Positions 11,753 through 26,047 of a stretch of DNA of 64,000 nucleotides are shown here, piece by piece. How positions within the stretch are numbered: position 1 is the first letter of the stretch; each line of letters starts with the position of its first letter. This DNA is from Octopus vulgaris. Taxonomy: Eukaryota. The stretch lies in contig OX597821.1 of the NCBI GenBank assembly GCA_951406725.2, positions 41,230,001-41,294,000 of the forward strand, read 5' to 3'. Position numbers and translations under genes: made by a program. The notes beneath the pieces are model-generated. The model ran no database searches. It was not told the origin of the DNA and saw only the letters and a program-made list of their open reading frames with translations.

Positions 11753-11968
11753 TGTGTCTTTGTGACTATATTCTTCTCCCACCACTGCTTGACAACCAGT
11801 GTTAGTGTGTTTACATCCCCGTAACTTAGCAGTTCGGCCAGAAAGTCTGACAGAATAAGTACCAGATTTGAAAAAAATAAATACTGGAGCCAATTCATTC
11901 GACTAAAAGTCTTGAAGGCGGTGCCACAACATGGCCACAGTCTAATGACTGAACAAATAAAAGATGAG
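11516..11968 (+). mobile_element. CORE-type SINE with internal (GA)n
   Basis: ggtggctgtgtgataag head, gtggcaccttgggtaaatgtcttc core, catggccacagtctaatgactgaa tail. Confidence 0.85.
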
Positions 11969-12354
11969 AAAGACACAAAATCTCTACTAATTCTACAAAT
12001 TGTTAGAATTACCATTAAAGTTTGTTTTTTTCTCACACATTACTCATCCATTTTCATGTAAATATCTTTCCCTTCCCTCAAAAATATCTTTGCAAAATTC
12101 CTGCAATCATCTCCCTATCTTCCTTCAGATAATGATAAATACCTCTGATAAATTTCTCATATAAGTTCATCTATATACATATGTAGGAATATCGAAAGTC
12201 AAGCCTGTCTCCGTGAGTAAAAGACAATAAAATTAAAAGGTTCTTCTAGTTCTGTCTCATCAATGACTCCCTTGTGTTAGAAAAAAGAGATGTGCAGGTT
12301 ATGGTTACTGATTTTAACATTGACGGCCTCAGCAACACAGGCCACCAAGGAATA

Positions 12355-12397
<43 letters not shown>

Positions 12398-12761
12398 CGA
12401 CGACGACGATGACTATGACGACGACGACGATGACGACGACGATGATGATGATGATGATGATTGGCAAGAACTAGTAAAGTAGTTTGAAATATAGTTTTAA
12501 TCTTGTCCTGGAGATTGTTTTGAGTTAAAACTTCTGTTGGTAGTCATGGTTTAGCGAGAGTGCGAGTTACTCAAATATCTTGAATATGAGAGAATTCTGA
12601 GAAGAATCGAAATGGCAGTAAAATTCTTAAGGTTTTAACTTGAATCAATTTTTATTACAATACTTGTCTAGATACGCAGGAATATTGGGAAAGTCCCAAA
12701 CACCAACTTATTGTCGGGAAACTGAAATCGAAATCAATGTGCTCAGATATGAAAATAACTA

Positions 12762-13473
12762 CGAAGGGAAGACAAAAAATATCCGTGCTTTCGCTATAAC
12801 ATATCTTTGTTATTTACACACTGCCTCCCGCACATGCGTACTTATAGTTTGCATTATTGTGGTCACGTGATCGAAGTTTGGGCCTGATCGTGCCATTTTC
12901 CCTTCTTACTTTAAAGTGTAAGCATGGCCTCTCCACTAGCAAGGTGCACGTAAGAAGAACAAAGAGCAGTGATCCGATTTCTCTGGAAATGGGATGAACA
13001 ATCAGCAGTGCAAAATACAGCGCTTTACTGACCAACAAACTGAAGCCAGCAATTCGCACCAAACGCCGAAGCTTATTGTCGAAAAAATTCTATTGTTGCA
13101 TGACAATGCACACCCACATACGGCCGCCCAGACCGTTGAAACCATTAAACAACTGGGTTTTGGGGTGCTGGAACACCCTGCCTACAGCCCAGATCTTGCC
13201 ACTTCTGACTATCATAACTTTGGACCAATCAAAGATGGTTTACGAGGTCATCGATTTTCTACAGGTTACGATGTGAGGGAAGCGGTGCATAAATGGTTGT
13301 ACGACCAACTGAAAACCTTCTCCTTGGAGGAAATACACATGCTTGTGGACCGCCAGACCAAGTGGATCGAAATGGAAGGAGACTATATAGAAAAATTACG
13401 TACTTGTTTATCCCCTGCTCTTGTGTAAATACATTGAAAAACAAGAGGGCCTATTATTTTTGACTCTCCCTCG
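12762..13473 (+). mobile_element. Internally deleted mariner (D,D34D) transposon
   Basis: ORF 12994-13428 has LLHDNAHPH...HPAYSPDLATSDY with 34 residues between the two Ds. Imperfect TIRs cgaagggaagacaaaaaata / tatttttgactctccctcg, with TA on both sides. Confidence 0.92.
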
Positions 13474-16400
13474 TATAAGCAACAAATTAGATTCTTTCAA
13501 GGATTGATGACAGCAGCAAATGACTAACCATTCAGATCTCTGGTAGAAACATTAAGAATTTGGTTTTATCAGTTGCTAATGGACCAGTGACATAGCACCA
13601 GCAGATGTTCAACTCATTAAAATCTTAATTACTGTAAACATTTTTGGATAAACAACATACGGAAATGTCATTCACAAATTTGTCTTTAGAGCTTTTTCTT
13701 TGATAGACCATGACCTGTATATGGATGGTTTGTCTGGTATCTAGCCAGTAGTCGTGGCACAGCTAAATTGAAATGGCTACAGAAACTTACGCCGCTCATC
13801 TTCAGCTGCAGAATTTGATGACCACTACAACCCACTATCAGTGCTGATACACCCATCTCTCACGAGCACACAGTTCGAAGTTTCACTGACAGTTGTTTGT
13901 GCATGCTCTACATCTGTCCTCAGTATATAAGATACACAAGAAAATCAGATGGATAATTTGAAATCATTGAAAAGGTGGGATGAAAATTGGTCTAAATAAT
14001 TTCAGTATCAGCTAAACAAGCAATGAAAATATCAACAAGGACTAAGGAACTATCTATTTAAAAAATACTTCAATGTATTTGGAATCGCACAATATAGTAA
14101 TGTGATAACATTTACAATAAACAAATGCATAAAAGATTGAATTTAAATAAGAAAACACGAAAAATGAATAATTTGTAACAGAATCTAAAGGACACAATCA
14201 ATAAACAAAGAAAAGATTATATATATTTCTTCACTTGTAAAATGAATAGATTTCGGAATTGTACTTGTTTGGGCAAATGACTTGAATGAATAGCTTGATT
14301 GTTTCAAGCAATTAAACTGAAGTTTCGTCTATTGTATCTTATGAAGTTAACCTTGTAAGCTAATGAAACAGTTATCAACTATAGGTAGTTGTACTATCTA
14401 CAACCACGAACCATTAGGCTTTGTCTAGCCAGGGCTAGCTGGGGTTAAAGTAACCTCTTATTATAAAACCAACAAGAAAATCTTTATGTGATCACTTGGC
14501 CTGCGACAAATAACTGTCAAATCTCCTTCAAGTCGCACTCTACAATCTTAAAAAATAACCTGTTGGATACAGCTACACTAGATTTGCTATGTGTGAATAA
14601 GAGAACAGAATGGTCACAGATGGAATGTCTTTTTTTCATAAATCTGCTTCATCAAAACTGACTCGAACTTAAATAACAAAAAGAACGGCTGTTCATATAT
14701 GCCATTTGTCTTTAGCGGAGACAAAACATTGACTAGTTACAAGATACAAGCTGTCAGAATGTCACCCACATCTGGAATTTCTGGGAAAATATACTTAGTT
14801 AAATGCGAAATTCAATTCCCAAAATGTTTTAAACTGTCTACAATGCAGAGCTATTTCGAATTCTAATTAATCTTGATTAAAAATTATCTGAAAGACAATC
14901 ACTCACCTCAATTATTCTCAACTATGTATGTGTTTCAACTCAAGTACTGAAACTTATCAGTAGCGTTGGGTAGAGTTACAGGGCTGGTTGACATAGATGC
15001 AAAATTCTAAGGGTCCAAAAATTTGGACAGTGAGAAATGAAGTAATATTAACAAATAAAAGAAATAGTATCTATGCATACACACACACACACACACACAA
15101 TACTTGCCTTGCCTCAAGCACTGAGACCTCTCACTGTGTTACAGAATCTCTGTCTGGTCTTTTCTTTATACACCATAACAATAAATAGAGTTAATATAAC
15201 GTGTTACATAACAACTTCATGTAGAGGCTGTTAATTGTATCTCTCTAGCAAAAGAATTTATTATCAAATATATGAAATTAAAAATACGTTAGAATTTGTA
15301 TGAAACACTCAAGACATATTAACTATTTCTGATCCAAAATTTAAATTAATTTTTCATTAGACTTCCTTCTTTCACGTCTAAGAGGCTCAAAATTATGAGT
15401 CTATATTAAAATGAAATACTTGTAAGATAGGTAGTTTGATATTTTAGATTAATAAAGCAAGCTATATTAGTTTCAAATATAATGTACACAAAATTTATGA
15501 CTGATTTATTAATGTCTTTCAATAATTGTTGCGGTTCCATCAACATATTACATTCTCCAACCTATCATAACAGAGTCTTCACTTAATATACTCCAAGATA
15601 TTGCAAAACTTTTGAAGTTACCCAGCCTGAGTAATGTATTCAAATACCCGAAAAATAATGGGTTTATTTTAAGTTGCTTTTTCAAGAATCAATCAAATCA
15701 GTTCCAAATCTTGGGCACAGATTAAACTATTATTTGAGGTTTCTCTTTGGTGCAGTCTTTTTGTCCTTGATTTCGAACATTATTATTCATTTCCATTTAA
15801 ATGTAGTGATTTTGGTGGTTGTATGATAATGGTTATAGAATATTAAGTAGAAGAATACAGAATACAGAATATAGAATATTAAGTAGAAGTCCATGAATCT
15901 AAACAGACAAAGTCATTGTATTCCTACTCTAAGAAAATTCACATTAACTCAGCATATTTCTGTGTTTTTCGCTGAAAATAGGTGCCACTCCTACTTCACA
16001 ATTCAATGGTTAGCATCAGAACCCCGTTGTTCTAGCAATTCCTTTGTTAATAATTATTTCTCCTATAATCAAAGAACTTCACATTTTTAGGAAAGGATAA
16101 ATGGATGTTGTGGCATGTAGTCTTTACCAATCAAATTCCATTTATACTTCAATGGAAGCTTTGATGTAAAGAATAAAAATAAAACAATTACACCAATTAA
16201 GTTGATGTACAACCTGTAGCTGATTACGCCCAAAGTAGAACGAGCTGACATTCGTTTATTTGCCTAAATACTATTTACTCTTTTTGTTTCTATTTCTTAT
16301 TTTTATGTATATATTTATTTTTGTTTATTCTATCACAGATTAAAACGAATACAAAATATAAAATCTAAAATTAGAGCAATCAGGTATTAAAGAGTCAAGA

Positions 16401-16999
16401 TGTAAGGCTCCATGATTTAAAATGCTTAAAAACCTAAAATTATAAATCGAAAAAAAGGAACAAAAACATCTATCAAAAAATTAAAAAAAAGGCTCTTTTC
16501 ACATAATTCACTCACAAAAATTATTATTGTTGTATCTTGTGATATCTATTCAATAATCAATAGTAAGTTATTGTTAGGAAGAAAGTCTAGACAATGTTCA
16601 GTTTGCAAGTGTGTTGTTTATCTACTTCACTTGTTTCTCAAGCTGAAGGAGATCATTTGCAACCTCAAGTGGATCGTTTGCAATAGCTTTCACGTAAATA
16701 AAAGCCTATTACATGACTAAAGTATTTCCACAAATAAATGAACTTCAGGACGCAACTATTTTAACATGAATTTCCTGCTTTCCTGATAAGGAAAATGGGA
16801 AGATTAAAGTAAAATACCTAATAACTTTAGCATTAATTGGCTCTCTTGTCTGAAACTTTAAGCCTGGTTCTCTAAAACTAGCAGAGCTGTTAGAATGGTA
16901 TTTTCTTTCCAGTTGTCTGTGCTTTGAGTTCAAATTCTGCCACAACTGACTTTGCCTTCCATTCTTTGATCTTGGTAAATAAAATACCAGTCAATTACT

Positions 17000-17242
17000 G
17001 TGAAGTATATTTGCCACTTAAGTGTGGCTAACCCTTAAGGATCGATGGTACTGTAGCTTATAGCCCCAGGAAGACATCTCCTCCAGCTGGCTATTGACAC
17101 ACTATCTGTGCCCTGTAAGTACTTGCAAAGGGAAGTCATCGTTCCCAATAGCCAGCTGGAGGAGATGTCTTCCTGGGACTACACGCTACAGTAGCATCGA
17201 CCCTTAAGGGTTAGCCATACTTAGGTGGCAAATATACTTCAC
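17000..17242. repeat. Fold-back element, 97-bp arms, 49-bp spacer
   Basis: 17000-17096 versus 17146-17242, about 7 mismatches. The insert is flanked by the direct repeat cagtcaatta(c/t)tg (16988 and 17276). Confidence 0.95.
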
Positions 17243-17289
17243 GAAGTCGTGCAGCTACTGTTTATAATTCGGTCACAGTCAATTATTGG

Positions 17290-17870
17290 TTTCGAATTTT
17301 CACTGGAGGCCGGAAATTTTGGGGAAGTGGTAAGTCACTTACACTGACCCCAGTACACAACTGATACTTATTCTAGCGATCCCAAAAGGATGAAAGGCAA
17401 TGTCAACCTAGGTGGCATTTGAACTCAGAACGTAAAGATGGGACATATTGCAGCTAAACATTTGCCCTGGCAAGCTAATGATTCGTTCAGTTTACTGTCT
17501 TGTAGAGTCAGTGAAATATTGGTGCTAATTCTTATTTTGAAGGCAGTGACCTATCAGAATTGTGAAGATGCTGGCCAAGATGCTTAGCAGCATTTCATCC
17601 GTCTTTATGTCCTACATTCAGATTCTATTGAGATCAACATTGCCTTTCATCCTTTCGGGGTAGATAAATGAAGTACCAGTTACGCACTGGTGTCGATGTA
17701 ATCGACTCAATCCGTTTGTCTGTCCTCGTTTGTCCTCTCTGTGTTTAGCCCCTTGTGGGTAATAAAGAAATAGGCTGTTAAAATAAATACCAGTTGATTA
17801 CTGGGGGTCAATGTGAGTTACTCCTTCCTCCAAAATTGCTGGCCTTGTGCCTATAATACAAAGAACTTCA
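17290..17870. mobile_element. Divergently oriented Deu/Nin-type SINE copies
   Basis: Minus copy about 17290-17500 (aggatgaaaggcaa...tgaactcagaacg) and plus copy about 17540-17870. Confidence 0.75.
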
Positions 17871-19331
17871 TCTTCTCTTTCTCTCTCTCTCTCTCTTTCT
17901 CCTCTCGCTCTCAGAATTGCCAATGGCTGACAGCGAGGTATCTTGTGAAGAGTAACCAAATGAAGGTGATGGGTGAATACTTTTTTATTCTCCACTAATC
18001 TTTAAATATGGTCACCAACGAAATGAAAGGTAAATTTTGTTGAATATGGCAAAATTTGAATTCAGATTACAGAGAACTTGAATTAAAATATCATTCTAAC
18101 GATTCTGCTAATTTTAGAGAACCAAGCATCAAGTTTCAGACAAGAGAGGCAATTAATGTTAAATCTAGAATTATAAATTGATTGAAGAAAAATCAATTGA
18201 ATACAAAAAAGGCAAATCCCTTTTCACATAATTCACAAACCAAAATTATTGTTGTTATACCTGCTGATATATATTCAATAATCAATAAAAATTGATTCTA
18301 CTAAATAACGCTGAAGAAAATTCCATGACAATCACGGTGTCCTTGTCAAGGAAGTCACTAGGAGACATTTATCAATGTGAGGGTGCCTTTTTCTTTTGTT
18401 ATGAAACAAAATTATGGGATGCATCCCATAATTCATTAAGTTGTAGAAGAATTCTCGAAGACTTCATTATTTTGCAGTGTATCTGATTTGGGGCACAAAT
18501 CAGATTGGTGGTATGTATCCCATTCTATCAGTACTACAACCATTGTTTTTAAAGGGCTGCTGATGCCAAAAACGGTAGAGGGGTGTTCAAATTTGTGGTG
18601 ATGGTGCTGATGATGATGATTGCAGAGGTGATAGCGTTTATGGTGGATGATGTTAGTGATGGTTGTGTGGTTTTGTTGTTGGTGTTACTAGTGGTTGTGG
18701 AGATAGAGGTGGTGGTGGTGGTGGTGGTGGTGGTGGTGGTGGTGGTAGTGGTGGTGGTGGTGGTGGTGGTGGTGGTGGTGGGTGTGTCTGGAGAACGAAC
18801 TGGCTCCAAAATTTAATCATTTCATCTTGCAGCCCAAATATGCAAGGTTATAGCCTTTACAATACATTGGATATTTCGATTTTCTTTTATCATCATCATC
18901 ATCATCTTTATTTATTGGTCTGAAAGCTTTATTCATGTCATTTACAAACCATATAAAACTGAGATTTAGCAACTGGGATCACAGTTGGATGGGATTACTG
19001 TAAAAAATAATATTTATCAGCAGACATATTAATTAATACATAAATACTATCAGAAAAGTTTTATTTGATTAATTAATTCGTAATTATTTAGGAGTCATAG
19101 GTTTTATGTCCTTCGATATTTCTGCCAATAAACTTTGGAAGTTTTCTTGTGTAAATCAGCTAAACAATCCTAAAGAAACACTAATTTTAGTCGACCTTTG
19201 AATGTTCTTTTAAAATGACTTGTGTTTCCAGTAATTTATCATCCAACTTTATAACTGATTTCGACAGAAGTATTCTTACTATGGGAACATATAAAAGAAT
19301 GACATTTTCCTGCTATATTATTAACTCTTAA

Positions 19332-19545
19332 AGGCGGTGAGCTGGCAGAAACGGTAGCATGCTGGGCGAAATACTTAGCGGTATTTTGCCTGTCTTTACG
19401 TTCTGAGTTCAAATTCCACCGAGGTTGACTTTGCCTTTCAACCTTTCGGGGTTGATAAATTAAGTACCAATTGTGTACTGGGGTCGATCTAATCGACTGG
19501 CCCCCTCCCCCAAAATTTCGAGCCTTGTGCCTAGAGTAGAAAATA
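19332..19545 (+). mobile_element. Deu/Nin-type SINE
   Basis: ggcggtgagctggcagaa head, gttcaaattcc B-box, ctttcggggttgataaattaagtacc domain. Confidence 0.85.
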
Positions 19546-19916
19546 ATATTATTGACGTTTAGGTTGGGTCAGCACCAATTAAGTTCAAAGAGTTGCCATA
19601 ACTTTCCACTCAAAGAAAATGAAAGACTACTATGATACGTTGTTTTCTAATTTGGACAGGAATTTCCTGAGAGTGAGTTAATTGATTAAATTAACCTTGG
19701 TATTTGACTGATACTTTATTTCATCAACCCCAAATGACATAAGGTAAAGTTGGCCTTGGCAAGAGTATTTCCACATTTTAAAACAAAATCTGCATTATTT
19801 GTGATCTCATTTTTCCCCTTCTTCAAAGAAGCCACCAGAAAATGACAACGATGTTTTGAGGGGAGGGGCTTGTATAATTATACCTATCAAGTTTTAATAG
19901 TGAAATGGTTTTATAA

Positions 19917-20305
19917 GGCTGCGAGCTGGCAGAATTGTTAGCACGCCGGGCGAAATATGTAGCCATATTTCGTCTGCCGTTACGTTCTGAGTTCAAATTC
20001 CGCCGAGGTCGACTTTGCCTTTCATCCTTTCGGGGTCGATAAATTAAGTACCAGTTACGCACTGGTGTCGATATAATCGACTTAATCCGTTTGTCTGTCC
20101 TTGTTTGTCCTCTCTGTGTTTAGCCCCTTGTGGGTAGTAAAGAAATAGGTATTTTGTCTGTCTTTACGTTCTGAGTTCAAATTCCGCGAAGATCGACTTC
20201 GCCTTTCATCCTTTCGGGGTTGATAAATTAAGTACCAGTTGCATACTGGGTTCAATCTAATCGACTGGCTCCCTCCCCAAAAATTTCGAGCCTTGTACCT
20301 AGAGA
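19917..20305 (+). mobile_element. Deu/Nin-type SINE dimer
   Basis: Two units joined at aagaaataggtattttgtctg. Confidence 0.88.
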
Positions 20306-20479
20306 AGGAAAAAAAGCAAAAAAGGAAAGAAAAAATATTGAAAGGGTTTTGTAAATCGTTTCTAAAAGACAGCCAAACATTTATGAGAATCAGAATTCAC
20401 ACGTTTTTATATATCCCAAAATGCAAAGAGAGTAGATCAGTGAGTTTTTGCTGCTATTGGTGACCAAAAACTATTGGTG

Positions 20480-20810
20480 ACCCTTAACAAAAGATAGATT
20501 ATACAAAGCATCTGTAAGAAATGTGATTTTATATAGTAAATTGAATGTAGAAGATCTTTAAAGATTGGAGATGACAGCAAAATGCATCAGGTATGTTTTG
20601 CTGAAAATGTGATATTGCGTTTCATGAAAGTAAAGTATAAATTAGTTTAGAAAGCTAAGGAATCATTAAAAGGATGAATTATCGTTTCTAAGTGAGATGA
20701 CTCGGCTTATATAGAGATGTGATGTGAATGCATGCAGAGGGCTGGTGAAACAACAGGTCCCGTATGCCGTTGATAAAGCACATCTAATGTAGAGAAAGAC
20801 TTAAGAAGAT
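20480..20810 (+). mobile_element. Possible decayed RTE-like LINE RT C-terminal fragment
   Basis: Weak remnants of LYG/E..KMLR, WFG and RG.P...V..DL motifs across frames. Confidence 0.3.
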
Positions 20811-21543
20811 GCCCATGAAATGAAGTTTGGAGTTAGATCGTAGAAACCGAGTTATCGCAAATCTAATACCGAAAGATGAAAATGAGTGGTGACATTCGAT
20901 ACAACAGAGGAAGGGGACAAGGAGAAGGAGGGAGGAAGTGGAGGATGTCATTGATGTTGATCCCTGTCGTAGAAGGTATGCTGTTAATGGAGCAGAAAGT
21001 AGAAAGCAGAAATATAGAAAAATAGTAAAAAAATAAAATAAAAAAAGAACGCAAAGCTAACAACATAATTGAAGACTAAAAAAAAAAAACTCTATGAAAC
21101 GTTGATTCAGCCGCATGGAAATGTGAAAAGACATATTTTGTTTGCAATGACACTAAATGATTTATTGAGTTTCAAAACAGAGAAGTAAAGAAAACAAATA
21201 ACGCTTAGAAAAAAAAAAAAAAATGAAGTATATAAAATAAAATTATAAAACATATGAAGAATCTGTGATTTGAAGCTGATAGGTTATTCTGACTGCGAAG
21301 TTGATCTGAAGTGTCTGAACTGAGAGGAAGAATGATCTGAGGTAATGAAAAATAAATTGCTCAATGACAGCATGCGAAAGCTGGAAGTTTAAGGGCCACG
21401 ACTTAGGTAAGGAGAGGGCTGTCAAAGGAATGTGATTTAGTATGAATGTGTAGTAATTCAACGACAACCAAATACTTCAAATATTTCTCATAATTAAAAG
21501 AAAAAAAAAAGCATTGCTTAGATGAATATAAATAATATAGCAA

Positions 21544-21593
<50 letters not shown>

Positions 21594-21674
21594 CTTTATT
21601 TACGTTTGTGTGTATATATATGAACGTTTATATATGTGTGTGTGTGTATGTGTGTATGTATGTGTGTGTATGTA

Positions 21675-21799
<125 letters not shown>

Positions 21800-22532
21800 T
21801 TAACAAGAATTTTGTTAACTTTCTGCTACCTAAGGTTTCATGCTGACAGCAATCACCACTTTTTCAACGATAGTTGAAATTATAAATGAAATGACATTCC
21901 ATTAAAGTTGAATACATACGCACACATACACACACACACACAACATACCATCTTTCTATGTTTTTGTTGGCTTTACACAAAGGATCTATAAAAATCAGGA
22001 TCAGCAAATTTTTCTCTCCAAACTTCCATTTTCTTAACTTTCTTTCTCTATAACCTCTTCCATTATCCCCCTCCCCGTTCTACTTGCATACACACACACA
22101 AACACATTTTTATATGAAGCCCCTTTTATGTCACACACAACAAATATTATATGTATGCAGTACGCCACCACATGCGCATATACTCACCCCGCAGAGTGTC
22201 TCTTGCAGCGTAATGCAACACGTACATACAACGAAGGAGAACACACTGAAGCAAACATTTTATATTATACATACAAAAGCATATATCCACAAACCCCCAT
22301 CATACTCGTCCAGTTATACTCACCGACACTCAAGCATCGTTGCCATACACACACATACACTCAGATACACACATACAGACATATATACATGTATGTCTGT
22401 GTGTATGTGTGCGCGTGTGTGTATGTATGTACGTGCGTATGTATGTATGTATGTATGTATGTATATGCATATGTATGTATGAATGGACAAACGAAAGCAA
22501 GTTTCACTCAACGCATTTGGTAGGAGCTACAT

Positions 22533-22648
<116 letters not shown>

Positions 22649-22649
22649 G

Positions 22650-23130
22650 AATGAGAGAGCAGTTCATACCATCAAAGTGACACTGGGGTAAAATATACGA
22701 AGCCCAGTATACCCATCATGACTACCCGTCTGATAAGGGTACACCAGGCACATGCATCACAACCATATGTGCGCGACATGGTGATCTCATATCAAGATAA
22801 ACAGCACATGACCTTGCAGGTGGGGCCCAGTTAGAATTTTCTTCAGGCTGAGTAGCCCATCCCGCTCAAAAGGTCCCTGAATAAGGGTTGTTTAAGGATG
22901 TTGAAAGAACCACCCATGTTTCCAGAGGTGAATTATTCAAACCCCAAAGAATCCCTCTCAACACATGGCTATGATGCTCCCCCACTACTTCTGCTCGTGA
23001 TCAGAGATGCACATATCGTCAGCCACTAAGGGACATGCTCAACTGGTTAAGGTCAAACAACTGAGAAGCAAATCTGTGGTATTGAGCAGAATATTTGCTG
23101 TAGCCCATCTTTTATACCAAGACAAAACAA

Positions 23131-23132
<2 letters not shown>
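22650..23132 (-). mobile_element. (AAT)n-embedded element of about 550 bp, 5'-truncated copy
   Basis: Reverse complement of the units at 39545-41691, flanked on both sides by long (ATT)n. Confidence 0.9.
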
Positions 23133-23178
<46 letters not shown>

Positions 23179-23183
23179 CATTA

Positions 23184-23635
23184 TTATTTAAGTTGCAGAC
23201 AGGGGAGGCAACTCACTCCGTGTCCCAAATCTGTTATAAAACTAGATTTGCGGGGAATGGCTGTGGACATTTTTGGGATCTTTTGCTTGATTTTCTGATA
23301 GTAGTGTTCCCACATTCCTAAGCTTGCGGCCAATATCTGCACTGGATATCTTGTCCAGGCTTGACTTTGGATCATGACAGTAGGGTGAAGAGAGTCGGGG
23401 AGGATCTGTGCAAGCCTTGTTTGAGTCAAAGTTTTAGGTTGTACAATCGCCAGCAAGACGGCTATGTGATGGGCGGTTGCGTAGGAGAGTGTTGCGGCGA
23501 GCATGGAAGCTGCAGAGCAAACCATGGTGAAGACAATTGCTGGTGCAATAACCCCACGCATGTGCATTGCTGGTATTTTGTACAGGTGATTGTTATAGAA
23601 GGACTTCCTTGGTCACAAGTGGACAGCCATCATGC
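23184..23635 (-). mobile_element. Possible Gypsy integrase C-terminal remnant
   Basis: GC-richer, coding-like stretch with weak similarity to the post-integrase AxxLPxL...VxIQ...W pattern; no catalytic motif seen. Confidence 0.25.
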
Positions 23636-23959
23636 ATAAATACATACATATGTGTGTGTGAATGTATGTGTGTGTGTATGTATGTATGTATGTATGTATG
23701 TATGTATGTATAACTATAAGAAAAAAGGGATTAAAAAATTCAGGCAGATATCAATAAAGCAGTTAGTTTTAAATTAATTTGGTTAACTATATCCAACAAT
23801 CAGACATCAATAAATGCAAGTAGAATACACACCCAAGGTAATTCCTTACGTATGACAAGTAGATGTACATGTCGTTTAGAAGAATTTCGATGAACTCAGA
23901 GTATCAGACGACAAAATTACACATAGACAAAATCACATCTTTAATTGTAGAGTTCACGT

Positions 23960-24062
23960 TACAAAACCAACAATTGTTTCTATGGTATTACTGTATTTAG
24001 ATTTGGAAAGTAGCATTGAAATTGATATTTCCGAAAGTACATGTTACCACATCAGTTTCAAT
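23960..24062 (-). ncRNA. Degenerate hammerhead motif
   Basis: CTGATG(T) 24055-24049, ggta/tacc helix II, GAAA-CAATTG-TT (ACAATTGT palindrome as at 42176). A9 is altered. Confidence 0.35.
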
Positions 24063-24689
24063 GCGACCTCAAATTTGTTCAATTCAAACTGAACTAAGGA
24101 AATATTTTCAGTACACGGACATATACAAAAAGAATGCTAAGAAGAAATATAATCCAGAAAAACCTATTTTTGCATTCAACTCTTGGTGACGTCAGCAGAT
24201 AACGACAGAATAAAAAATAAACATAAGAAGTCTACGTTACGACAATTAGAAACATAAAAATTTACGTTACAATTAAATATAGTAAACTTTTTTCAGAAGA
24301 ATCATGGCTAATATATAACATATGAAAAGCAATTATAATTAATAATTGAAATATTTTAATGCCCTCCGAAATCTGTGGCAACATTTCATTGTAAAATTCC
24401 CATTAAATTTAATAAAATTTATTTAGAAGTAACTATATAATACTTTTCTTCCAAGCAAAGATCACATCTAGAATCACTAATATTGTACGATGGTACTTAA
24501 CAAAGTAACAGACCACTTTAAATCATACTTAATGTTCTTATCTTTTAAATCCCAAATGCATTTACTAAGATTAGCAGAATTACCTTTTCTTCTATACTTA
24601 AATGAATAGGAATAATTATGAAATCTAGATTTTCAAATTGTAGCATATGAACCTATGTAATAATACTTACGTATATGTGTGTGTGTATA

Positions 24690-25035
24690 GTATGCACAGT
24701 TTGTGATAGACCATACTTTTCTTTTGCTGGGCACAAATCTCATTTCTGGACCATGGAAAACGAACTTCCACCAACTACTCTACCTATATATCTGTGCACA
24801 CCTTTCGATGCCCTGTATGCCATAAGGTCTGCAAATCTAACGTAGGCCTCAAAAGGTATTTTAAGATCCACTAAGATCAGAATTTAACTGCAGCTCTTGG
24901 CGGTTCAAATCGGATATGCAATCTATGTGGGCGTCTTTTCAAAACTGCCTGGTTTAAAAAGCCACACCAGACGCCATGATGTATCTATGGTGTAGGTACA
25001 AAGGTGGTCAAACTCTGCATAAGGAGTAGACAACC

Positions 25036-25040
<5 letters not shown>
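24690..25040 (+). mobile_element. RTE-like LINE 3' end with three C2H2 zinc fingers
   Basis: CTVCDRPYFSFAGHKSH, CPVCHKVCKSNVGLKRYFKIH and CNLCGRLFK..GLKSHTRRH, followed by a short 3' UTR and an (AT)n tail. Confidence 0.7.
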
Positions 25041-25084
<44 letters not shown>

Positions 25085-25329
25085 GTATATATGGAGAAAA
25101 CAGAGAAATATAAGCATGTACAGAGATAGAAACAAACAGAAACAGTGTACACGAATGTGTATGCATAATATTGTATTCATACACAACACTGCTTAGCGCT
25201 CCCACCCCGAAATTTAATTACGATGAGCTGTCGTATGTGGTAGTGGTTTGTCTATATATGTTTCCATATAAACACTCACACACACAAGTATATATATAAA
25301 AGTTTATTGCAGGTATAACCATATGCAAA

Positions 25330-25480
25330 GAATATGTATTTTTTCTGATGAAAAACCAGTATCCGAAACGTCAAGGCATTTTCCTTTCCTTTTAAACATT
25401 AAACTAATACATTTGTTTAAAAAAAACCTCTTTCTTGTTTGTCTTTTATTTTATGTGATTTGCTTTCATGTGTCTATATA
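25330..25480 (+). mobile_element. Copy of the (TA)n-associated family with a canonical hammerhead core
   Basis: tttt-CTGATGA(25345-51)...GAAA-CG-TC(25365-72)-aagg, followed by the family flank taaactaatacattt. Helix II is decayed. Confidence 0.5.
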
Positions 25481-25966
25481 ACGTGTGTGCTTGTGTGTGT
25501 GTGTCTGTGTGTGTGTCTGTGTGTGTATGTATGTGTGTATGTGTGTGCGTTTGTGTGTATATGCGCGCGCGTTGTTTGTGAGTGTGTGTGTCTCAGGAAA
25601 AAAATTATATTTGCATCAGGTACTTTTTAACTAATAATCAGAAGTTTTGTGTTTGCATTTTACCATTTATACCTTGGTCTCACCTGGTAACACACATTTC
25701 AAATTCGTCCTTTGTCACGTTTTACTCGCAGGTAGAATTTCTTTTCCGTTTTCCAAGAAACTAGCACACATACGCAAGAACTTCTTCACATACTTTTAAA
25801 AATCTCATTATTCAGATCTCATTTTTTTCTTCATGCGTGTCGTTTTGCATATTAGGATGTCAAACTAATGATGTAGCAGCTACATCTAATGCCAAACATT
25901 CTGTCCCCTTTTGCATACAATATCTGTGTCATATATTTTGTTTATCTCTCACCGGTGTACTGTTTA

Positions 25967-26047
<81 letters not shown>

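Noticed and set aside
13785-13910. Minus-strand GTAAGT donor suggesting an exon
   Set aside because: Upstream frames contain stops and show no recognisable protein.
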